Origin: a candidate division FCPU426 bacterium
Lineage (GTDB): Bacteria; Oederibacteriota; JAAXVQ01; JAUVAV01
Length of the DNA: 64,000 nucleotides
Assembly (NCBI GenBank): GCA_040756875.1
Contig: JBFLYH010000002.1
Location: 32,001-96,000 of the forward strand
Reading direction: 5' to 3'
This document shows positions 17,821 to 26,400 of this stretch, piece by piece. Each line of letters begins with the position of its first letter. The first letter of the stretch is position 1. The position numbers and the translations under genes are program-made. The notes beneath the pieces were generated by a model. The model was not told the DNA's origin. It searched no databases and saw nothing but the letters and a program-made list of their open reading frames with translations.

Positions 17821-20295
17821 TTAAGAATGTGTGAGCCGTCCGCCGGCCGCCCCCGCCAGTTCCGATTCACGCTCCAGCTGCGAACGCACGGCAGCGGCTG
17901 TTGGCGTCGGCTCCGCTCCAGCGCCGAACGCGCCGCCCAGCAAACCGCCCAGGACATCTTCAGGGCAATAACGGTCTAAAACTTCCCGGCGGGCGCGCTG
18001 CCTCATTCGCAGGTACCGTTCCGGCTGCAGTTTGCGCCAGGCCAGCACCTCCAGAAGCGCCTGCTCCCAGGCGGCTGTTTGTCCGGCCGGGACCACCAGC
18101 CCGGTTTCCTGATGCCGGACGATTTCCTGCGGCCCGCCCTGGTTCGAGACCACGGCCGGCAACCCGCAGGCTTGGGCTTCCAGCACAACCATACCGAAGG
18201 TATCGGTCGTGCTGGGAAAAACCAGAACATCGGCCGCGCTGTAGGTCCAGGGTAATTCTTCCCGCGGCTGTCTTCCGAGAAACCGCACACCCGGCCACGA
18301 AGCGGTTTTGGCCTGCATTTCTTCTTTATACGGCCCATCGCCGACAATGAGCAGGTTGAGGCGCTGGTCCTGCCCCATCAGGCGGCGGTAGAGCCCCAGC
18401 ATAAAATCCATATTTTTATCCTGCGACAATCGTCCCACATATAAAAGCAGCGGCGCCTCAGGGAACGTCAGGCGGGACTTCAGGCGCTGACGGGCATCGG
18501 GCCGGGGGCTGAACAACCCGGTGTCCAAGCCTTTGCGGTAATGAACCAGCTTGCTGGCGTCGTATCCCCGGTCCCGCAAAATGCGCAGGTAGTTCTGCGA
18601 GGACACTTTAATCTGCCCGCACGCCTGGTAAAACCAGCGGATATAATTTTCCACGAACCGGCCGAGGTCTTCGTCCAGGCTGAGGGAATGGATTTGGGCG
18701 GAGAAATCGGTGTGATAGACGCCAATGCAGGGTATGTTCAGAAGGCGGCCGGCCAGCAACCCCACCAAACCGACCGGCCCGGGTGTCGAGACGATGATCT
18801 CTTCCGGATCGGCCCGGTAAATCAAGTCAATCGCCTTCAGCAGCGACGGTATCCGCAAACTGACTTTTTCGTAGTACGGCAGCTTCATTTCGCGGATGTA
18901 CGGAAGCGCCAGCACGATGGGCGGCAGCTGGCCGGATTGTTCCTGCCGCGTGTCCACGGCCGCCGCGATCTGGAGCGGCAGCCGCTGCTGGTGCGCCAGC
19001 CAGGCCGTCTGCTTGATGGTCTCGGCCACGCCGTTGAGATCGCTGTGTGTGTCGGTGAACCACAGAATCCGTTTGGGGGCTTTTGGCGCGTTTGGAAACA
19101 AGGATTGCTTCAGCTCACCGATCAGCGGACGGCCTTGAAACATGTGCCCGACGCTGGTAAAAAACGGAGCCGATAAAAATAAGCCGGGGATCAGCGAGGA
19201 CAGATCCTTGATCAGTTCGATGGCGTCCAGGTGGCGCAGGCTTTTTTCCAGCGATTCGAACAAGGTTCGAAAAAAGGCATCGGCCAGTTCGGCCAGTTGC
19301 TCGTACACCACCCGGAGCTTATCCTCGATATCCCGGTGCGCGTCGCGCCGGATCCGTTCCACCAGGTCCAGCAGGGCTTTTTGGATTTTGTCCTGCCGGG
19401 CTCCGTTTTTCCAAGCCTTCAGCCGCAATCGGTCCGCCAGAGGCATTTGTCGGCTGTGAAACAGCAGCTCGTTCAATTGATGGACGAGCGAGCGGGACAG
19501 TCCCGTGGATTTTTCCCTCGAAAAATCGTAGGCGATTTTATAGATGGCGAAAGTGAACCCCTGATAATTGTTGTGCCGGCCGCCCGGAACCGTCAGCTTG
19601 TTCTTGAGTTGCTGTAAAAACTCCTCGGGTGTCGACGCGCCGGCTTGCGTATAGGTCCGTCCCACAAACAAACCCGCGTGGTCGTCGCTGCCCCCGATGA
19701 TACCCTTGACCCAGGGGTCCCGGCTGGTGGGCTCGATGCCGTGCCGACGGGCCAGGTCCTCGGTCTGCCGGGGGGTGATCTGGCGGAGTATGTCCATCCA
19801 CCCCAGGTTGCTCATTTTATCGCGGCTGCCGTTGATGCCCTCAAAAACGTCAAACAGCAGAAGCAATTTCTCCAGGTGTTCGCGCCGCAGGCGGTCGTTT
19901 ACGGAATAGGTTGCATGCGCCACCGCGTGGGCCAGGTCGCGCGCCTTGAGATAATCGCGGAGCTCATAGATGCTGCCGCGCCGCCGCTCGATCTCGGCGA
20001 AATCCTTTTCGTCCAACCCGTATATCAGCACGTGGACTTTGCAGCCGTCTTCCGGGAAATAGGCCGTAGCCTCCATGCCCGTAAAGACTTCACCGGGATA
20101 TTTCGCCTGCAGCCGCATAACGCCGTCAATGCGGTTGTGATCCGTGAGCGTGACAAAACGCATGCCATTGGCCTTGGCCAGGCGAAAAACCTCTTCGGGC
20201 TCGGAGTACGATTCGTTGGCTCCGAGCTTTTTCAAGAACCATTCCGACGCATGCCGGGAATATTTAGAGTGCACATGTAAATCCGCTCGGGCCAT
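17821..20295 (-). CDS. PHP-family phosphoesterase fused to a GT4 glycosyltransferase
   Basis: N-terminal DLHVHS, TDHN, HATY, GGSDDH; C-terminal FTDT..NGVA, TPGPVG, YHTDF, YVGRLSQDKN, FPSTTDTFGMVVLEAQACG. Start ATG 20295 follows GAGGAGG. Confidence 0.9.
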   Translation of the reverse strand: MARADLHVHSKYSRHASEWFLKKLGANESYSEPEEVFRLAKANGMRFVTLTDHNRIDGVMRLQAKYPGEVFTGMEATAYFPEDGCKVHVLIYGLDEKDFAEIERRRGSIYELRDYLKARDLAHAVAHATYSVNDRLRREHLEKLLLLFDVFEGINGSRDKMSNLGWMDILRQITPRQTEDLARRHGIEPTSRDPWVKGIIGGSDDHAGLFVGRTYTQAGASTPEEFLQQLKNKLTVPGGRHNNYQGFTFAIYKIAYDFSREKSTGLSRSLVHQLNELLFHSRQMPLADRLRLKAWKNGARQDKIQKALLDLVERIRRDAHRDIEDKLRVVYEQLAELADAFFRTLFESLEKSLRHLDAIELIKDLSSLIPGLFLSAPFFTSVGHMFQGRPLIGELKQSLFPNAPKAPKRILWFTDTHSDLNGVAETIKQTAWLAHQQRLPLQIAAAVDTRQEQSGQLPPIVLALPYIREMKLPYYEKVSLRIPSLLKAIDLIYRADPEEIIVSTPGPVGLVGLLAGRLLNIPCIGVYHTDFSAQIHSLSLDEDLGRFVENYIRWFYQACGQIKVSSQNYLRILRDRGYDASKLVHYRKGLDTGLFSPRPDARQRLKSRLTFPEAPLLLYVGRLSQDKNMDFMLGLYRRLMGQDQRLNLLIVGDGPYKEEMQAKTASWPGVRFLGRQPREELPWTYSAADVLVFPSTTDTFGMVVLEAQACGLPAVVSNQGGPQEIVRHQETGLVVPAGQTAAWEQALLEVLAWRKLQPERYLRMRQRARREVLDRYCPEDVLGGLLGGAFGAGAEPTPTAAAVRSQLERESELAGAAGGRLTHS

Positions 20296-20336
20296 GGAAC
20301 CCTCCTCGGGCATCTTTTGCATGCCGCAACCGGCCC

Positions 20337-20400
20337 AGCATATACCAGGTTCAGCCGCCGCGGGTTATGGCGAGGATAATTCCGGGTTAGATTATGGTTT
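20337..20400 (-). promoter_or_regulatory. Putative Pho-box/OmpR-family direct repeats plus -10 element
   Basis: AAACC, TAACC, TATCC and TAACC start at 20400, 20389, 20378 and 20367 (exact 11-nt period); TATGCT at 20342-20337. Confidence 0.5.
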
Positions 20401-20438
20401 GGAAGTTATGTCCGGCAGCGGCCGGGCTGCCGGCGGAT

Positions 20439-23400
20439 TTAAGCGGCTTGGCCGGCCAGGCGGAAATACCGGCGCCGCAGAGGTTCCAAAGGGTTGAGAT
20501 CAAGCTGTATTGGCAGGGCCCGGACCCGGTCAAGCAACGCTCCCAGCAAGCCGGACTGCCCGGGTTTGAGCAGCAGTTCCGGCACCAAAAGAGCTAACCC
20601 GGTGCTTTCGGCAATCTCGGGTTCCCACTTTCCGATCGGTGTGCCGCGAAGCAACGGCATTTGTTCGACCAGGCGGCTGAAGGTGCGCAAGGCTTCCTCC
20701 TGCTCCCTGGGTTGTTTCAGGTTCGTAACCACCCTGACCAAGCTGCGAACCAGGGTTTGAAGCTGGATTTCATTCTGCTGAAGGGTGAAACGCAGGTACG
20801 CCTGGCCGAGGGGGCTGTCGGGTTTTTGCAGGAGTGCGGCCAGCGGGGAATGGTCGCCGCGTAAAACAGCGGCCAGGTAGGCTTCCGGAGATCGCGCCAG
20901 CCACATCTGGTCCAACGCCCACTGCCAGGACTTCGGCCAGCGCCGGCTGAGGCGGAATACGGCGGCGGAAAACAGCCAGCGGCCGCCTGCGGGCGCGCCG
21001 ACCCGCTCCGGTTTCCCCCCCTGATACGGCCTGCTCTGCGTTTCCTCGGGCACGCGCCCAATGGCCAGGTCTTCGGCGGCCACCTGCCTTGCGCTGCTGA
21101 CTTCCAGAACCTGGCGCACAGGCAGGAGCACGCCCGATTTTTCATGCCACTCCAGCCGGCCGGTGGCCACGCCCAGACAGATCCTGCCCAAGTCGCTGGC
21201 TAGGGGCAGGGTGTGCACGGCTTCGTCCTGCATCAGAAATCCGCTCTGCAACCACAGCGACTGGCCGAGTGCGGCATCCAAACGCGCCAAGCTGCCGGGA
21301 GCCGCGGTTTCGGCGCCGGCCAACGCCCGCTCGATTTCCTGCCAGCGTTTACACAGCGCCCGCACCGGCCGCGTGGCACGCAGTGCGCTCAGTGCCTGCA
21401 GGCGCGCCTGGGACTGCATCCGCAGGCGGCGGATGGTTTCCGGCATCGCATACACGTACACTTCGCGCACAAACTCTTCTTCGGTTCGGGTCACCTGCGC
21501 CCGCACGGCCGGCGCCTGGGCCTGGATCAGGGCGGCCATGAGATCGCGGCGCACCCAGCCTTGCTCGGTTTGCGGCAGCTGGTCGGCTTCTCGAATGGCG
21601 GTGGCCACCAAGGCCGTGCGGACGTCCCACGGCTCGTCCGCATTCCCCAGTACGCCGGCCAGCGTGGTGAAGTTCGGCTCGGCGCCCGCCTCCACCTGCC
21701 GCGCCAACGCTTCCACCCAGGCATCGCTTCCCTGCCCGGCGGACGTTGGCCCGGCCAGGAGGACCCTGCTTTCGGATTCCAATTGATCTACGAGTCGCAG
21801 CAGGTCGAAAACGCTCAGGCACACCCGCTTGCCGGCCGCGCGCCAAGCCAGGGAGGCCGGTTCTCCGGCGTGCAGGTCGACCAGCAGGCGGGTCCGCGGC
21901 ACACCGGCTTGGGCCCAGGTCCAGTCCCCGGGTTCAAGCCTGGGCCACTCGCGGTCCTGCTGGTAATAATCGTGAGCATGATACTCCAGAATAAGCCCGA
22001 GCAAAAAACGTTTGGCCATAAACGCCAGCCTTCGCCAGCGACGATTGAGGCTGTCATCGTCGGCAGGCATGCCATTCAGCAGACTGCGCAGTAGCGCAGC
22101 GGGCACATACAGCGTGGGACGGCCGTTTTCACCCTGCTCGCGGTAGCGCCCAAAAAACGCCGGCAATCTGCGGCCTTCGGATTCGAGCGCCCGCACCTGG
22201 ATGGATTGCAGGCGCAGGCCTGTGTGCCGGGCGAACAAGCGCAAAGCCATCGGATCAGGCAGCTGATACTGTCTGAGAAGATCGGCCACTTCGGGCCGCC
22301 GTTCCGGCAGTTCTTCACCGTCGAAGCGCGGAACCGGGCGGCTGGCGATCCAGAGCCAGACGGCGCCCCGCCACAAGCGCAGGGGCAGCTGGAAGAAAAA
22401 GCCGGCCAGTTGCCAGGGTTGCTTCAGTCTGGCGGGCGCTTGGGCCTCGGGCAGGCGGTCGAACAACGTGGCGAGCATGAACCAGCGCCAGGCTCGCGCC
22501 AGCCGGCTGCGGGAGGGTGCAACCGGCTGGTTGGCGCCGGGGTCGTCCTGCGCTGCGTGCGCCTGCCAGGCCTGCAAGGCTTGGGCTTCAGCCTGCGCCT
22601 CCCGGGTATTGGCCGGGGGACGTTGGGCTGCGCTTTCCACAGGCGCCTGCTGTTCGGCCAAACCAGCGGCCAGCGGCCACCCGGCCGGACGGGTGGCCAG
22701 CAGGGCTTCGCGGTACAGACGCAAAGAAAGCGGCGCGCCGCCTTCCCGGCGCAACTGAATGTAAACCGCGGCCTGTTCGATCCGTTCGGCCGGATGCCGC
22801 ATGATCAGGGGATGCGCCTCCAAACCATAGCGCCGCAATATGCGAACCTTGGCGCGCGGGCTGTTGTCCGTCTGCAGCCTGGTTTTTTCCACCCCTGACC
22901 GGCCCTGCCAGGGCAGGGTCAGAAGCATGAACGTCACCTCCCACAGCCAGGCCATTCCGGCCCATGGCTGCCGCGGCTGCCAGGCTTCCAGCGGCGTGGC
23001 CGGCGGCCGGAAAAACAGCGGACGCACGGGAAACCACACACGCTGCCAGCGGGTCCGCGGCTGGACAATGCGCGGGCCTGCCTGGCCGGCGTGATAGCTT
23101 TCAATAATGTCTTCGACCTCTTCTTCCTCGGTCGCCGGCATGAGGCCGGTTTCAGCAGGCACCTGCCGGGTCAGGTTCAGGGCTTCGCGGTAGAGTTTGA
23201 CGGTTTCAAGCTCGCCCATCTTAACGCGCTGGTAAATATACTTGGCCGCGGTTTCGAGCTTGGCGCGGCTGGTGCGGAACAGAAAGGGATGGGGGATCAG
23301 CCCGTACTTCAGCAGCACCACGACTTTTTCGTTGACCTGGTCCCAGCGTCCGTTGAATTCGCGCACATAAGTTCCTGGGCGGATGGGAAAACGGACGCCG

Positions 23401-26400
23401 TAACGGCGTTCCAATACCTGCCGCAGGTATTCCGCCCGTTTTCCGGGATCCTGGGCCGCGCTGTGCAGTTCGAATTCCAGCGCCACGTCAGCCTCGCGCC
23501 GGTTGCCGGCCTCCAGTATCCGCTTGCCGATGAGGGCCAGGGTTTGGGGATCGGCCGCCGTGACTTCAGCCACCAGGTGTTGCACGCGTTCAAGCGGCAG
23601 ACCGGCCTGAATCAGCGCCTCGCGAAAGATCATAGCAGCCACGGTGCGGTTGCTGAGCAGGTTGAACATGCGGCGGCGGAAATAGATCTCCTGGTCCAGG
23701 GAAAACACCCCTCCCTCGAGCAGGCTGGACATCCAGGTGGGTTGGCTTTTCTTGGGAACCAGAATGACGCGGCTGGCTTGGCAGACTTTGCGCAGCCGCT
23801 CCCAATCCACGACTTCGTCCGGTTTAAGATAATGATCGAGGTTTTTAATGTACCGGTTGAGAGTTTCCTGCAGGACGTGCAGCCGGTCAGGCGCCGCCTC
23901 GGACACCTGGCTGACTTTATCCTGGTCTTTCAGCACGCTGGAAAAGCCGAGCAGCGAATACATGAAGCTGACGAAAATGACCAGCTCCTGCAGGTGCGAC
24001 CGTAAAAAAGACAGGGCAGCTTGCAATTCAATGACTCGGGTGGAAACGAACGCCGGCAGCAGACCCGGCCATATCGCGTGCACGCTGGACAAGGCAAAGG
24101 CCAGGGACATGGAAAACACCACCAATGCGGCGGGCAGCAGGCTGGCCAGAATAATGACCTTGACCTGCTGGCTGATTTTGGGGTTTTTCGCCATCTGCAG
24201 CCATTGTCCCAGCATAAAGGCCAGCAACACGGTTTGGCCGGCCAGCATGACCGGCAGGGGCAGCGAAAGATAGAAACTGAGTAATAGCATGCTGGACAAC
24301 ATAAATACAAACAAGATCTGGCGCAGGGGTTGGCCCCGGCCAAAGCTGTCGCGCACGCGCTGGCGGAAAGGTTTGGGGCCTTGGGTGCGGGCGGGCCGCT
24401 TGTTCAGCTGCAGTTCCTTGCGTTTAATGCGATGGAGCCATTCGAGTAAATGCAAAAAGAACTGGGCAAACGAAAGCACACCCACGACTTTTTTCAACAT
24501 GCGCAGAGAAATGGTGGTGCTGTTGCTGGCCAGCACGCTGCTGCCGAAGAAGAGCACGAAGAAAAAACTGGTGGGAAATTTACACACCTCAATCAGCACG
24601 ACCGCGCACACGATGCGCAGGGCCTTGGAAACGACGCCATCCAGCCATTCGGTCTTGTTTTTCAGTTTCAACAAACGCAGGCCGATGATCACCAGAAAGC
24701 CTCCGGCCAGGGCAAAGAGCATGACCGCGTTGAAGTTGACCGTGTAGCCCAGCACGGTGCTGTAGTCAAGCAGGCGCGCCAGGATCATCAGCGCGACAGC
24801 CAGCATGGCGGCCAGCGGGGTTTGCTGTTTGGTCAGGCGGTACTCCTTGAGATTCTTCACCAGGGCCGATTTTTGCGCTTTCCATTCCTCCCGCAAGCCG
24901 CCGACCACCTCGTACCACGACAGCAACCGGCGCTGGCGGAGCAGCGCGGTGGCGTAGTTGGAGACAAACGTGAACAGGCCCAGGGCCAGCAGTACGCCGG
25001 CCAAGGCGCCCAGGGTCCAAGCCCAGGTCGGCGGCGCGGGTGACAGGTGCAGCAGGATAGGAACCAGACCCACAGCGAGTTTGATGTCCCCCAACAGTTC
25101 GCCGTAGATGGGCCAGAGCGTAAACCGGCTCTGTCTGCGCTTGGCGATCTGGTCCCGCAGAAACTTCAAGGACGGTTCCTCGGGCGCCGGGCCGGCCCGG
25201 ATCGGCGCAGGCCGCCCATTTAAATAGGAAGCAATCAGCAGCAGGCCGGCCAAGCCGGCGCTGGTGCCCCAGGAAACCAGCGGCGAAATACCCAGACTGA
25301 GCGGCAAAGCGGGCTGGAGCACGCCCACGGCTATCACCGCGCCCGCGGCAACCAGGAACACGGCGCCGCGCAGCGGGCTGACCCGGCTGGTCAGTGTGGA
25401 CCAGTTGCCGCTTGCCGCGGCTGCAGCTTTGCCGGCAACAGTGCTTCCCCACAGATAGAGCCGGATTTGGCGATCATGGACCTGCGCCTGCCAGCGGGTC
25501 CAGGCCTGACCCATGCGTTCAGCCAGACGGAAGCGCTTTCCGGTTTCGGTCCCACGCTGGCGCCACCAAGACCAGGCGAGCCATGCGGCCACAGCTGCCA
25601 GCAGCACCCAAATGCCAATGCCGGCAGCTGGCTGAAGCGCGGGATCGGAAAACCAGGTTTGCCAACCCTCGGTCATTGCCCCTGGCTGGGCGGCAGCTGC
25701 TGCGCCTGGGTCCACTGTCGGCGCAAGGATCGAAGGATCTGGCGTTTGGGGCGCTACCGGCTCTGCTGCCGTTTGCGCAATTGGTTCCGGCGCTATTTCC
25801 ACCAGCTGCCCGTGAATCGGCGTTGTCCCGGTTTGCTGGGGATCGAAATCCACCTTCAGCGTAGTGCCGTAGGCGCTGGGTTCCCCAGCCGGGTTGAACG
25901 AGTGATAGCGGATTTTATTCGGATCCGCCAGTTGGTTGGCCGCCGCAAGTTTGGCAACACCTTCGGGCGCCGGCAAGTTGGGATAAAGGTGTTTGGCCAG
26001 CGCCCACAGGGTGTCGCCCTTGCCTACGTAATACAGCCCTTCGGCGGCGTGTGCAATGCCCTGCAAAGCCAGCGATCCCAGCGACCCGGCCAGCAGAACG
26101 GGCAGAACCCGCAATACGATTCGAACGCCCCGGCGCAGCCAGCGGCGCCACGCCGGATGGTTAGCCGCCGCTTCCGCGGCCGGCGCCGGACCCCGCCGGA
26201 GTCTGGAAGCCAGTCCGTCAAGCGCGCCCAAGGAGATAAAATACGCGTGCAGACTGATATCGCGCGCCTTGGACCGCACAAGGTCCGCGCGTTTGGCCGC
26301 GCCCTGCCACAGCGGCAGGAGGGGCAGCCGGTTAAAATTGACAAAAGGGATCATGCCGGCCAGCAATGCAAAACTCGGCACTGCGCCCATGCCCACGGGG

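Noticed and set aside
20412-20433. GC hairpin (CCGGCAGC/GCTGCCGG) after the 2,611-aa gene stop
   Set aside because: No U-tract, so it cannot be called an intrinsic terminator.
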